Notes: generated by a model from the letters alone, not told the origin. DNA of 64,000 nucleotides from Halorarum halobium (GCF_032116555.1 NZ_CP134951.1:124001-188000); one strand, 5' to 3'; numbered from the stretch's first letter, positions 1-10,584 are shown. Translations and numbers: made by a program.

Positions 1-907
1 TCGACGGCTCGCGGCCCGGACCCGCCGCCGTGACGTGTCCGCGCTGGTGACGCTGCTGGTCGTCGGGCTCCCGCTGCTGCTCGTCATCGCCTACACCGGG
101 CTCGTCGCGCTCCGCGAGGTCGGACAGCTGTTCCAGGGCGATCAGCTCGAAGCCTACCGGGAGATGCTGGCCCCGTACGTGAACATCGCGTCGCTGGCGC
201 GGCCGGACGAACTGGTCGGGCTCCTGGGTGAGAACGCCGACCTGCTCGCGGACTCGGCGGGGGCCATCTTCATCTGGTTCGTCCGCCTGTTCGTCATCCT
301 CACGGTCGCGTTCTACCTGCTCCGGGACGGCCACGCTGCCGCCGCGTGGTACCGCCGGACGTTCGGCGGCGTCGACGGCGCGGTGGCGTTCGCGGAGGCC
401 GTCGACGCCGACCTCTCGACGGTGTACGTGGGCAACGTCCTCACCGTCGCCATCACGGCGGTCATCGCCGCCGTCGTGTTCCTGGCGTTCAACCTCGTCG
501 CCCCGCCCGACGCCGGCGTCACCCCGCCACTCCTGCTCGCGCTGCTCGTCGGCGTCTTCACCCTCTTGCCGGTGCTTGGCATCAAGATCGTCTACGTCCC
601 GTACGCCGGCTACCTGCTCGTCCGGAGTCTCACCGGCGACGTGGTGCCGCTGTGGGTTCCGGTCGCGTTCTTCGTCGTCACCGTCGTCGTCGTGGACACG
701 GTTCCGGACGTGTTCATCCGCTCGTACGTGTCGAAGGGGAACGTCAACATGGGGCTGATGCTGCTCTCGTACGTGTTCGGCACGTTCGCGTTCGGCTGGT
801 ACGGGCTGTTTCTGGGTCCCGTCGTGCTGGTGCTGTTCGTCCACTTCGCCACGCGGATCCTCCCGAACCTGGTCGAGACGGGTCGGAAACGGGTGTTCAC
901 CGAGTGA
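1..907 (+). CDS. AI-2E family transporter (5'-truncated by window edge)
   Basis: Polytopic hydrophobic ORF with FYLLRDG and FGWYGLFLGP motifs; frame open back to window start. Confidence 0.85.
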   Translation, partial: RRLAARTRRRDVSALVTLLVVGLPLLLVIAYTGLVALREVGQLFQGDQLEAYREMLAPYVNIASLARPDELVGLLGENADLLADSAGAIFIWFVRLFVILTVAFYLLRDGHAAAAWYRRTFGGVDGAVAFAEAVDADLSTVYVGNVLTVAITAVIAAVVFLAFNLVAPPDAGVTPPLLLALLVGVFTLLPVLGIKIVYVPYAGYLLVRSLTGDVVPLWVPVAFFVVTVVVVDTVPDVFIRSYVSKGNVNMGLMLLSYVFGTFAFGWYGLFLGPVVLVLFVHFATRILPNLVETGRKRVFTE

Positions 908-969
908 CCGGTCACCCTCGTAGCGGTCGCGGGGCGGGGGAAACGGCGGCCGGCGAACCCCGGCCCGTC

Positions 970-3291
970 CTACTCGGTAGTGTTGGTGGTATCAATGGCG
1001 TCGGTGGCGGTGGTACCGTCGGTCGTCTCGGTCGTCTCGTTGCCCATCGCGGTTCCGGTCGCCGTCCCCGTCGCGTCGGTTTCGTTTCCGACGGCGTCGG
1101 TCCCGGTCGGCGTCCCCGTCTCCTCGGGCGTCTCGCCCTCCTCCGGCGGGACGATCCTGACGACGCGGCCGGTGTCGCCCTCGGGGACGCCCTCCTCGTT
1201 GACGAGGACGTACAGCTCCCCGTCGTTGTCCCGCCCGAACATCCGGACGAAGAAGCTGAACCCCTCGGTGAAGACGAGTTCCTCCATCTCCCAGAGCTCG
1301 TCGCGCGGCACGTCGCCCTCGGAGGGCCCCCCGGGGGTCCCCGTTCCAGTTCCGGTCCCGGTTCCGGTCTCCGTGCCGCCCCCGGTCTCGTTGCCGACGG
1401 CCGTGCCGGCGTCCGACTCGTTCCCGCCGGCGGTCCCGGTACCGTCGGGCGTCGTGGTCGCCCCGTCGCTGTCGAACCCCGCGGGCGGCGTCGCCGTGAG
1501 CACCCGACCGTCGGGTTCGGCACGGGCCGGGTCCGAGGTCCACACGCCGTAGACGTACTTGCCCGTCAGGCCGGGGATGGTGCTCGCCTCGTAGCGGTGG
1601 CCGCCGACGATGGTGATGCCGACGCTCTCGCCCTCGTACTGGTGGGGGAACTCCACGATGGGGTCCTGCAGTTCCGACCCGTCGTAGGGAGCCTCGTTCG
1701 GCTCCGTGTCGGGACAGTCGGTTACGGCGTCGACCTGGCTCGGGTCCTCCGTGCTGAAACAGTGGGTACCCTCCTTCACGTTCCAGCCGTAGTTGCCGCC
1801 GTTCTCGACGAGGTCGGCCTCCTCCCAGAGGTTCTGGCCCGCGTCGGCGACGAACAGGTTCCCCTCGCCGTCGAACGAGATGCCGAACGGGTTGCGGAAG
1901 CCGTAGGCGTAGATCTCGTCGAGGCCGGGGGTATCCTCGCCCGCGAACGGGTTGTCCTCGGGGATGCCGTAGTTCCGGGCTCCGGCGTCGCCGTCGCCCG
2001 GAGCGGCCGTCTCCGTGCCCTCGGGCGTTCCGGTCCCGTCTTCCGTCGCGGTGCCGGCGGGCGTCCCCGTCGGCGTGTCGGTTCCCGTGCCGGTTCCCGC
2101 GTCGCCCGCGGCGTCGCCGCCGTCGACGTCGATCCGGAGCACGTCGCCCAGGAGGTTGTCCTCGACGTCCTGCCCGTTTCCGCCCGCGTTGGCGTCGTAC
2201 CAGTCGTCGACGTGGCCGTACATGTCGTCGTTGGCCCCGCCGCCGTCTCCCATCGGGACGTAGAGGTAGCCGTCCGGGCCGAACGCGATGGGGCCGCCGT
2301 CGTGGTTGTACTGGGGCGAGGGGATCGAGAGCAGGCGCGTCTCGCTGTCCGCGCTCGCACTGCTCAGGTCTTCGGCCGCCTGGAACTCGGAGACGACCTC
2401 CACGTGGTCCCAGCCCATGTCGATGAGTTCCTGGGTCGGGGGCGCGCTGTAGTGGAGGTAGAACCGCCCGTTGCTCGCGAACTCGGGGTGGAACTCGACG
2501 CCGAGCAGGCCGCGCTCGTCGTACGACTGCGTCTGGCTGGCGTAGGAGCCGTAGAACGTCCCGAGTTCGACCATCAGGTCGCTCACGTCGACGAACGGCT
2601 CCGACCGGCGGCCGCCCTCGGGGGTGACGACCCAGAGTTCGCCGGTCTGGTCGGCGACGAAGTAGCGTTCCTGCTCCCCGTCGGCGACCGCGAAGTCCGT
2701 CGGCGCGGTCATCCCCTCGGCGACCGTCTCGTAGCCGACCTCCGTGCCGGGGGCGAAAAAGCCCGTGTTCCCGAGCGCGTCGGTCCCCCCGCCGCTCCCG
2801 CCCGCCGTCTCGACGTCGCCGATCATCGTGTTCGGGTGGGCCTCACAGAGGTACGTCGTCATCTCCTCGCTGGCCGTGAACGTCACCGTCTGGGTCGCGC
2901 CCTGCTCGCTCATGAGCTCGGTCCGGACGAGGTCGTTCCCCTGGTCGTCCTGCACGACGAAGTTGTGCGGCTGTCCGTCGCCGTTCTCCCACGTCACCTC
3001 GTACTCCTGGCCGGGCTGTAGCCGGAGGGTCGGGTTCGTCGTGCTCGTCCCGCCGATGTACGGCGCGGACGTGTCCCCCTCGTACTCCCACCCGGGAGTC
3101 ACGCCGAGCAGTTCGATCACGGTCGTCTGCTGGGCGAAGCTCGCGCCGGCGAAGCCGGACGCGATTCCTCCCGCCGCCGCGGCACCCAGGAGCCGCCGCC
3201 GTGACGTCCGCCAGGTCCCCCGTGGTTCGCGGCCGCCCGCCTCGTCCGTCGACGCCTGCTCGTGCCGGTCGGATGTCTCATCTGGTGGCAT
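970..3291 (-). CDS. Tat-exported PQQ-dependent glucose/sorbosone dehydrogenase with N-terminal cupredoxin domain
   Basis: SRRRLLG signal; HNF...CEAHPNTM Cu motif; ERGLLGVEFHP, HDGGPIAFGPDG, YAYGFRNP, GGNYGW GSDH motifs; Thr/Gly linkers; start moved to ATG 3291. Confidence 0.9.
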   Translation of the reverse strand: MPPDETSDRHEQASTDEAGGREPRGTWRTSRRRLLGAAAAGGIASGFAGASFAQQTTVIELLGVTPGWEYEGDTSAPYIGGTSTTNPTLRLQPGQEYEVTWENGDGQPHNFVVQDDQGNDLVRTELMSEQGATQTVTFTASEEMTTYLCEAHPNTMIGDVETAGGSGGGTDALGNTGFFAPGTEVGYETVAEGMTAPTDFAVADGEQERYFVADQTGELWVVTPEGGRRSEPFVDVSDLMVELGTFYGSYASQTQSYDERGLLGVEFHPEFASNGRFYLHYSAPPTQELIDMGWDHVEVVSEFQAAEDLSSASADSETRLLSIPSPQYNHDGGPIAFGPDGYLYVPMGDGGGANDDMYGHVDDWYDANAGGNGQDVEDNLLGDVLRIDVDGGDAAGDAGTGTGTDTPTGTPAGTATEDGTGTPEGTETAAPGDGDAGARNYGIPEDNPFAGEDTPGLDEIYAYGFRNPFGISFDGEGNLFVADAGQNLWEEADLVENGGNYGWNVKEGTHCFSTEDPSQVDAVTDCPDTEPNEAPYDGSELQDPIVEFPHQYEGESVGITIVGGHRYEASTIPGLTGKYVYGVWTSDPARAEPDGRVLTATPPAGFDSDGATTTPDGTGTAGGNESDAGTAVGNETGGGTETGTGTGTGTGTPGGPSEGDVPRDELWEMEELVFTEGFSFFVRMFGRDNDGELYVLVNEEGVPEGDTGRVVRIVPPEEGETPEETGTPTGTDAVGNETDATGTATGTAMGNETTETTDGTTATDAIDTTNTTE

Positions 3292-3670
3292 GAGCGAAAA
3301 CGTATCGACCTGCCGTTCAAAAAATGCCCACGTTCGTTTACCCGTGCTCGACCGGAATAACACCGTCATTCGTCCCGTCAGGTGCTGAAACGGTGTCTTA
3401 CGTCCGCGATGTCGGCGTCGTCACTCCGCCGGACGGGTCGCGTTCGCTCCGATCCCGTTCGGCGGGCTTACCGCCGATAGCCACCGTCTATCCCCCGGAA
3501 CGGTCGAGTATCTGAACGAACCATCGCTCGGCGGGGCCGCGAGGGGCCGCCGGCGTCTCACGCGCGGGTCGTGGCGACGAGGATAGTCCCGTCGAACGGA
3601 CGGTAGGAGGGCTGAAACCCGGCATATACAACCCGACCCGTCAAGCGGACGCTGTCGCAACGCGGGAGGT

Positions 3671-4300
3671 ATGGACCGTCGGACGCTGCTTCGTGGAGCG
3701 AGTGTCGTAAGCATCGGCGTCGCCGGCCTCGCGGGGTGCTCGTCGCCCCAGGACGGCGAGGGGCTGGGCACCGAGACGGACGCCGGCGACGGAACCGAAC
3801 CCGCGACCGGAACGCCGACACGAACCGCGGAGGAGACGTCGACGGAGACCGACACCACCGCGGGGGAGGCGACCGACACCGCGACCGGGGAAGGGACGGA
3901 CACCGAAACGGGGACCGAAACCGACGCCGCCACCGGGACCGAAACGGGGACCGGAACCGAAGCGGGAACCGAAACGGCCGGCGGTGCGGGCAGCTACGAG
4001 TTCACCGGGGTGGTCGAGGCGTGGACGGGCGAGGCTCCCGCCGCGATCGCCGGACGGGAGAACCCGACGCTCCAGTGGCAGGCGGGCCAGCAGGTTGAGG
4101 TCAGCTGGGAGAACGGCGACGGCCAGCCCCACGACTTCACGGTGCAGGACGCCGACGGCAACGTGCTCGAACAGAGCGAACGGACCTCCGAGCAGGGCGT
4201 GGTGACGACGTTCTCGTTCACGGTCACCGAGGAGATGACGACCTACGTCTGCACGATCCACCCGACGACGATGGTCGGCGAGATCGCGGTGAGCGCCTGA
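3671..4300 (+). CDS. Halocyanin/plastocyanin-like blue copper lipoprotein
   Basis: MDRRTLL...LAGC Tat lipobox; T/E/G linker; HDF...CTIHPTTM type-1 Cu ligands. Confidence 0.85.
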   Translation: MDRRTLLRGASVVSIGVAGLAGCSSPQDGEGLGTETDAGDGTEPATGTPTRTAEETSTETDTTAGEATDTATGEGTDTETGTETDAATGTETGTGTEAGTETAGGAGSYEFTGVVEAWTGEAPAAIAGRENPTLQWQAGQQVEVSWENGDGQPHDFTVQDADGNVLEQSERTSEQGVVTTFSFTVTEEMTTYVCTIHPTTMVGEIAVSA

Positions 4301-4370
4301 GGACGGATCCTCCACGCGTCGGCGGCCGAAGAAGATCGGCGGGGTGACCCGGTCGGTCCGGGCGTCCGTG

Positions 4371-4631
4371 CTACAGGTCGGTTCGGAGACGGACCGCGTC
4401 GTCGGTGACCCGCGCCACCGTCTCCTCCTGGAGCGGATACGCTCCCTCCTCGTCCGACGCGTCCGCCCAGCCAAGTTTCGCCGAGATGGTCTCGACGATT
4501 CCCGGGTCGGGGTCGACGTACGCCGTCCCGTGTCGCACGTCGACGATTCGCCCGACGGTGTCCTCGCCGTACACGACCTCCTTGCCGACGTCGTCCTCGG
4601 TGACCGAGCGGTCGGTGTCGTTGTTTTCCAT
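4371..4631 (-). CDS. Small PRC-barrel-like haloarchaeal protein
   Basis: DVGKEVV...VGRIVDV...AYVDPDPG...KLGW pattern; acidic 86 aa. Confidence 0.7.
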   Translation of the reverse strand: MENNDTDRSVTEDDVGKEVVYGEDTVGRIVDVRHGTAYVDPDPGIVETISAKLGWADASDEEGAYPLQEETVARVTDDAVRLRTDL

Positions 4632-4703
4632 CGCGGGAGACGATTGGTCAGGTGCCGGAAAACCCCCGTGCCCGTATTTGCAAGCGGGACGCCCGTCCGG
4701 GGG

Positions 4704-5087
4704 TCAGTCGACCGACGAGTCGACGAGCGAGCGGAGCCGGGTCAACAGCGCCAGTTTCTCCCCGTCCTCGACGGTGACCGTCTCCGTGCCGTAGTCACAG
4801 TCGACGAGTCCGACGTCCTCCAGTTTCGGCAGGTGGCTGTGGAACATCGTCAGCCGGACCTGGTCGTGACGCTCGACGTCGGGGCCCTGGCCCCGCGCGC
4901 GGCGCTCCTGCCGGACGACGTCGGCGACGAGGTCGTCGAGGGGCCGTTCGTCGGCGTCCTCGAGCGCCCGGAGGAGGTACCGGCGACGCGGGTGACGGAG
5001 GACGTCGAACAGCTCGTCGACCTCACTCGACTCCAGCGTCCGGATTCCTGCAGGCTGGGGCGACGCAGTCCTGTCGGTGTGGGGCAT
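4704..5087 (-). CDS. Haloarchaeal winged-helix protein (DUF7344-like)
   Basis: LFDVLRHPRRRYLL...HSHLPKLEDVGLV motif; start at ATG 5087. Confidence 0.75.
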   Translation of the reverse strand: MPHTDRTASPQPAGIRTLESSEVDELFDVLRHPRRRYLLRALEDADERPLDDLVADVVRQERRARGQGPDVERHDQVRLTMFHSHLPKLEDVGLVDCDYGTETVTVEDGEKLALLTRLRSLVDSSVD

Positions 5088-5324
5088 ACAGGTGGAGATG
5101 GAACCGCCGAGGGATATGCATACAGCCTCAACACTTAGGCACTGCGTGTGCACCGGTAATCCGATCCCACCGACGGACGGCGTTCCGGCGGGACGGCGCG
5201 TCGCCTGCTCGTCGAATCGGCGTGGGACGGACGTCGAGTGAACGGCGTGCGTCCGTCGAGGTGTCATCGGGCGCACGGTGAGCGCACCGACCGGCCGCCG
5301 GAACCGGCCCGCGACCGCAACCGC

Positions 5325-7367
5325 CTACGACGAGACCGCGACCTCCGAGAGGAGCTGTTCGAGCACGGTGCCCTGGGCCTTCCGCAGGTGCTGGTGGAAC
5401 GTCGACCCGGCGATGTCGAGCGACTCGGCGACCTCCTCGCCGGTCGCGCCGCGCGGCCACTCGAAGAAGCCGGCGAAGTAGGCCGACTCGATCACGGTGC
5501 GCTGGCGCGTCGTCAGTTCCCCGAGCACCGACGTCCCGAGCGTCCCGGGCCGGGGCGACGGCTCGGACACCTGGCGCTGGGAGACGAACTCCACGTCGGG
5601 GTACGACTCCCGGACCGTCCGCAGGACCCGCCGCACGTCGGTTCCCGGCGACAGCTGCACCACGATGTGGTAGTCGCCGTCCCTCACGACCGCCTCGGTG
5701 AGCCGGCTCCCGCGCCTCGCCATGATGCAGCTCAGCGGCGGCTCCGAGAGTCGCGACTCGAACCGGACGCGCGCGTCGGTCTCCTCGCGGACGTGAAGCT
5801 CGTCCACGAAGTCGAGCCGGTCGGGCAGCAGCCGCAGCGTCTCGACCATCTCCGGCGTCGCGGTCCCGTACTCGAGGTACTCGCCGCCCTCCAGCGGGAT
5901 CGCGCGCTCGAACCGGATCTCCCCGTCGGCGTCGGGCAGGTCGAACGCCGACGGGAGGTCCCGGAGGCGCAACTCGAGTTCGACCATCTCGTCGTTCGTC
6001 AGCGCCCGCTTCCGCTCGAGGGCGGCGATGGCGTGGCCGACCGTCCTGCCCAGCCCGTCGACCATCGCCCGGCGCTCGCCCGCGAACGCGTTCGGGCGGC
6101 CGGCGTACACGTTCAACACGCCGTAGCGCGTGTCCTCGTGGCTGATCGGGACGGCGACCGCGGAGCGGTAGCCGTGCTCGCTCGCGTGTTCGCGCCGGTG
6201 CTCGTACTCCGGGTCCGCGCGCACGTCCGAGACCACCTGCGGCTCGCCGGTCCGGACCGCCCGGCCGGTCGGTCCCCCGCGACCCTCCTCCCGGAACTCG
6301 ATCCCGGTCCCGTCGAGATACTCCTCGACCCCCGCCTCCGCGCGCAGGGTCACCTCCTCGCTCCGGGAGTCGATCCCGCCGATCCAGGCGAACGCGACGG
6401 CGTCGACGGCCGCGAGCCGGTCGCAGACGAACCGCTCGATCTCGTCCCGGGTCGGCTGCCGGACGACGCCCGCGCTGATCCGGCTGACGATCGCCGCAAA
6501 CTCGTCGTCCCCGCCACGTCGCTCCCCCGTCCCGTCGGCCGGATCGCCCGCGGCCGTCCGGTCGGTGGCGTCGACGACGACGCCGTCGATGGCGACCGGC
6601 TCCCCGTCCGGCCCGCGAACCGCCCGACCGTACTCGTTGACCCGACGGGTGCCGCCCCCGGCGGGCCGGATGCGGTACGCCGTGGCGAACGAGTCCCCCC
6701 GGGTCACCGCCTCCCTGACCGCCCCGCGGACGCGGTCGCGGTCCTCGGGGTGGACGACGTCGTCGCGCCAGCCCACCGCGCCCGACTCCAGCGCCTCGGG
6801 GTCGTAGCCGGCCACGTCGACGCTGCCGTCGGTGACGACGTCCGGGGTCCCGCCGGGGTCACGGCAGCGGTAGGCCATCGCCGGCAGGTCGTCGACGAGC
6901 CCCGGGAGGTCCGGGCTCGCGTCGATCGACCCGTCGTCGGCCGGCTCGCCGAGGACGGCGACGGTCCGACCGGCCGCGGCGGGGCGGGCCGCATCGAGCC
7001 TGAGTTCGCGCGCGAGGCGCTCGCCGTCGCCGGTCACGAACCGGGCGCGGACGGCGTCGAACCGCACCCCGTCGGTCGCGTTCTCCGAGTCGTACCAGCT
7101 CAACACGGCGGAGAGACGCGGGCGGTCGTCCGCCACGACGAACGCCGAGAGCGCCTCGCCGAGCAGCGCCGACCGCTCGCGGCCGAGGGTTTCGAGGAAC
7201 GCGCCGTTGACCTCGACGACCGCGCCGTCGGCGTCGAGCCGACAGACGCCCGTCTCGAGCAGCCCGAGCAGCGGGTCCCGCTCCGCTCCTCCCGTCAGGT
7301 TCCGGTCCCCGTCCGTCGTCCGGTCCCGGCCCGAGCCGAGCCTCGACTGCGCGTCGCGGTCGGACAT
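5325..7367 (-). CDS. PAS/PAS/GAF sensor with bacterio-opsin activator (HTH_10) output domain
   Basis: VHPEDRDRV PAS, GAF (GPTGRAVRTGEP, YGVLNVYA), C-terminal LTTRQR...AYFAGFFEWPR...HLRKA. Confidence 0.9.
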   Translation of the reverse strand: MSDRDAQSRLGSGRDRTTDGDRNLTGGAERDPLLGLLETGVCRLDADGAVVEVNGAFLETLGRERSALLGEALSAFVVADDRPRLSAVLSWYDSENATDGVRFDAVRARFVTGDGERLARELRLDAARPAAAGRTVAVLGEPADDGSIDASPDLPGLVDDLPAMAYRCRDPGGTPDVVTDGSVDVAGYDPEALESGAVGWRDDVVHPEDRDRVRGAVREAVTRGDSFATAYRIRPAGGGTRRVNEYGRAVRGPDGEPVAIDGVVVDATDRTAAGDPADGTGERRGGDDEFAAIVSRISAGVVRQPTRDEIERFVCDRLAAVDAVAFAWIGGIDSRSEEVTLRAEAGVEEYLDGTGIEFREEGRGGPTGRAVRTGEPQVVSDVRADPEYEHRREHASEHGYRSAVAVPISHEDTRYGVLNVYAGRPNAFAGERRAMVDGLGRTVGHAIAALERKRALTNDEMVELELRLRDLPSAFDLPDADGEIRFERAIPLEGGEYLEYGTATPEMVETLRLLPDRLDFVDELHVREETDARVRFESRLSEPPLSCIMARRGSRLTEAVVRDGDYHIVVQLSPGTDVRRVLRTVRESYPDVEFVSQRQVSEPSPRPGTLGTSVLGELTTRQRTVIESAYFAGFFEWPRGATGEEVAESLDIAGSTFHQHLRKAQGTVLEQLLSEVAVSS

Positions 7368-7604
7368 CCTGATTGGTCAAGGTGTAAGGCCGTACAAGAA
7401 ATTACTGGGTTGAACCGACGAGAGAGACGATGAGGACCGATTTTTCGTCGTTTTCCGTCCAGTTTATATCGGGTTACGTGCCTCCCGATTGGCGGAAAGT
7501 CGTACGTGGTTACCAGTAGGCTTCGTTTGCTCACCGGTACCCGCCGCCTGCTCTTCGTGGCCTGCTCCCGGCCTGGTGACGACTCCCGCCCGTCGAGCCG
7601 CCGG

Positions 7605-8432
7605 TCAGGTGCCGGCTCCCGGGCCGTCCGCGTCGGCGCGAACGTCCGCGACCCAGTGGAGGAACGCCGCCGCGTCGTCAGGGGCCGGCACGCGGATCGA
7701 CGCCGCCGTGTCCTCGCGGTCGCCGACGAGGACGGCGACGCCCTCCGTCGGGAGCGCACGGAACGCGTCCTCGTCGGTGACGTCGTCGCCGACGAACAGC
7801 GGGAGCGCGTCGGGGTGGTGCTCGCGGAGCCGCCGGACCGCGCGGTCCTTCCCGCCGGGGACGTCGGGCCGCAGTTCGAGCACGCGCTTGCCCTCGGTGA
7901 GCCGGAGCCCGTCGGTCGCGGCGGCAGCCTCGCGGGCCGCCTCGCGGACGGTCGGGACGTGTTCGTCGGGCGTCCGTCGGTAGTGGACCGACGCGGTGAC
8001 GCCCTTGTCCTCGACGATGCAGCCGGGGACGCCGTCCAGTTCCGCCCGGAGCCGCGCGACGGCGGCCTCGACGGCCGGCCGTCGCGCGACGGCCTCCGGG
8101 TCCACCGTCGACGCCGAGCCCTCGTCGAGTTCGAGCCCGTGGTTGCCCGCGTGGACGACGTCCGCGACGTCGACGCGCTCGCGGAGGTCCGCGAGCGAGC
8201 GACCGCTCACGACCGCCACCGTGACGGTCGGATCGCCGGCGAGCCGCTCCAGCGCCGCGCGGGCCGCCGGGAGCAACTCGGCGTCCGCGGGGTCCTCCAC
8301 GATGGGCGCGAGCGTCCCGTCGAAGTCGAGACAGCACAGGATTCCCGGCGCCGATGCGAGCCGGTTCCCGAGCGCCGGATGCGGCTCCAGATGGGTGAGC
8401 GCCGGGGGACCGTCGGCGATCCCGTCGGACAC
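7605..8432 (-). CDS. otsB: Trehalose-6-phosphate phosphatase
   Basis: HAD DFDGTL, VVSGR, GNHGLE, EDKG..HYR, GDDVTDEDAF; directly downstream of otsA. Confidence 0.93.
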   Translation of the reverse strand: MSDGIADGPPALTHLEPHPALGNRLASAPGILCCLDFDGTLAPIVEDPADAELLPAARAALERLAGDPTVTVAVVSGRSLADLRERVDVADVVHAGNHGLELDEGSASTVDPEAVARRPAVEAAVARLRAELDGVPGCIVEDKGVTASVHYRRTPDEHVPTVREAAREAAAATDGLRLTEGKRVLELRPDVPGGKDRAVRRLREHHPDALPLFVGDDVTDEDAFRALPTEGVAVLVGDREDTAASIRVPAPDDAAAFLHWVADVRADADGPGAGT

Positions 8433-8433
8433 C

Positions 8434-10020
8434 TCAGCTCCCCCCCGGTCTGGCCTCGCGGACCGCCCCGGCCGTCTCCAGCACGTCGTCGAGCCACGCC
8501 GAGAGGTCCCCCTCGTGAACCCGGCGGCGGAGCGCTCGCATCCGGGAGCGGCGCTCCCGGTCGTCCATCTCGATGGCGCGCTCGATGGCGGCCGCGCCCG
8601 CCGCCGTGTCGTACGGGTCGAGTTCGACCGCGCCCTCGGCCAGCGCCTCCGACGCCCCCGCGAGCGGGCTGAGCAGCAGCACGCCGTCGTCCTCGACCTG
8701 GGCCGCGACGTACTCCTTGGCGACGAGGTTCATCCCGTCCCGCAGGGGGCTGACGAGCGCGAGGTCGCTGAACCGGTAGAGCTCACAGAGCCGGTCGTAG
8801 TCGAACATCTCGGTCGTGTACACCACCGGCTGCCAGTCGTCGGTGCCGAAGCGGTCGTTGATGCGCTCGACGCCGTCCTCAACGCGCTCGCGGAGCCGCT
8901 GGTAGGCGGGGACCCGCTCGCGCGTCTCGCCGCCCTTCTGGACGTACGTGAGCTCCCCACGCAGCGACGGGCGCGTCTCGAAGAGGTGTTCGAGCATCTC
9001 CAGGCGCTCCGGGATGCCCTTCGTGTAATCGAGGCGGTCGACGCCGAGCGCGACGGTCACGTCGTCGTCAATGTCGTGGGCGTGCCGAAATCGCGTCCAG
9101 AAGATGCCGTCCGCGCCCTCGCTCTTGGCCCGGATGTCGTCGGCGTCGACGCCCAGCGGGAACGCCCGGACCGTCGTCGTGTGGCCCTCGTAGTGGACCT
9201 CGCCGCCGCCCCAGTCCACGGCCGCGCTCGGCAGGTGTTCGTCGACGCACTCGAGGAACCGGGCGCAGTACTGGGGACAGTGGAAGCCGAGGAGGTCGTT
9301 CCCCAGCAGCCCGTCGAGCAGGGCCGCCCGCTGGGGACAGATGCGGAGCACGTCCGCGGCCGGCCACGGGATGTGGAAAAAGTGCATCAGGAACGCCTCG
9401 GGTTCGGCGGTCTTGACCATCCGCGGCGCGAGCGCGAAGTGATAGTCCTGGAACCAGACGACGCCGCCCGACTCCGCGTGGGAGAGGACGGCGTCGGCGA
9501 ACTCGCCGTTCACGTCCCGGTACCGCTCCCAGTGGTCGGCGTCGAAGCGCGCCCGGCACGTCGCGGTGTGATAGAGCGGCCAGAGCGCCTGGTTCGCGTA
9601 GCCGTCGTAGTAGCCCCGGACCTGCTCCTCGGACAGTCGGACCCGCTGGAGCGTGTAGGCCGGGTCCTCGGGCGGGACGGCGACGCGGTCCGCCTCGTCG
9701 GCGACCGCGAAGTCGGCGTCGCCGTCGCCCCAGGCGACCCAGGTGCCGTCGAGCCGACGCATCACCGGGTCGAGCCCGGCGGTTAGCCCGCCGACCGGGC
9801 TGTCGACGGCGACCCGCCGCCCGTCCTCGGCCGACCCGCCGCCCCCTCCTTCGTCGTCGCCCGCCTCGTCGGTTCCCGCGTTCTCCCCCCCTGCGTTGTC
9901 GACTGCCTCGTACCGGTGACGGTACGGCTGACGGTTCGAGACGAGCACGAGGTTCTCCCCGATGCCGTACGTCTCCGGCCGCGTCCGGCCGACCGGAGTC
10001 GACTCCGAGTTCGGATTCAT
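8434..10020 (-). CDS. otsA: Trehalose-6-phosphate synthase (GT20)
   Basis: VSNRQP, LWPLYH, QDYHF, HIPWP, DRLDYTKGI, DGMNLVAKEY. Confidence 0.95.
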   Translation of the reverse strand: MNPNSESTPVGRTRPETYGIGENLVLVSNRQPYRHRYEAVDNAGGENAGTDEAGDDEGGGGGSAEDGRRVAVDSPVGGLTAGLDPVMRRLDGTWVAWGDGDADFAVADEADRVAVPPEDPAYTLQRVRLSEEQVRGYYDGYANQALWPLYHTATCRARFDADHWERYRDVNGEFADAVLSHAESGGVVWFQDYHFALAPRMVKTAEPEAFLMHFFHIPWPAADVLRICPQRAALLDGLLGNDLLGFHCPQYCARFLECVDEHLPSAAVDWGGGEVHYEGHTTTVRAFPLGVDADDIRAKSEGADGIFWTRFRHAHDIDDDVTVALGVDRLDYTKGIPERLEMLEHLFETRPSLRGELTYVQKGGETRERVPAYQRLRERVEDGVERINDRFGTDDWQPVVYTTEMFDYDRLCELYRFSDLALVSPLRDGMNLVAKEYVAAQVEDDGVLLLSPLAGASEALAEGAVELDPYDTAAGAAAIERAIEMDDRERRSRMRALRRRVHEGDLSAWLDDVLETAGAVREARPGGS

Positions 10021-10584
10021 GTACCCGTCGTCCCCTTCCCGTGCTGGACCCTATCCTCGTTGCCGGCATATTCATCCCGCCCGCTCGGCGGCGCGGGACC
10101 GCGGCCGAACGACGCGCTTACACGGGGCAGGCGAGGCCCCCGGGACCGCGACGCGAGGCGGACGCCGGCCGTCGTGTCGGGGGGAAAGCGCCTCGAAACC
10201 GGCGCGGTCGGGGCGAGGCTCACCGGTTAGGCGGGCCGTCGAACGGCCCCGGTGACCGCTCGAACCCGGTAACCTGGGCTGAACGACTCCCGCGTGACTG
10301 CGGGGCGGTCGGCCGGCCGCATGTGCTTGAATCTGCAAGCCGAACAGTTTCGTCCCCGTACGGGACCGCCTCGCCCGCCGGGAATCGGCCGCGAGACCCG
10401 TCGAGCGCCGCCGGCCACTGCCGGCACGACAGTTACGGATGGCGGTGGGTCCGTCCCGGAGCCTGGCGCCGGACGGGGCGTTTGGAGCGCCGGGCGGCGG
10501 TGGCAGGGTGGTTGGCGGCACAGGGCGACCGCGCTGGGCGGGGGCGCGAACGGATTTATTGGCCGTGGCGACGAACCGGAGCCC

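Noticed and set aside
346..3021. Long alternative-frame ORFs (e.g. 346-3021, 5238-7433, 33483-36164, 51013-53100)
   Set aside because: Arg/Pro-rich shadow or antisense ORFs expected in high-GC DNA, overlapping well-supported genes
3770..3985. Repeated GAAACGGGGACC-like units, superficially array-like
   Set aside because: They encode the Thr/Glu/Gly linker of the cupredoxin lipoprotein; no repeat-spacer structure, so not CRISPR
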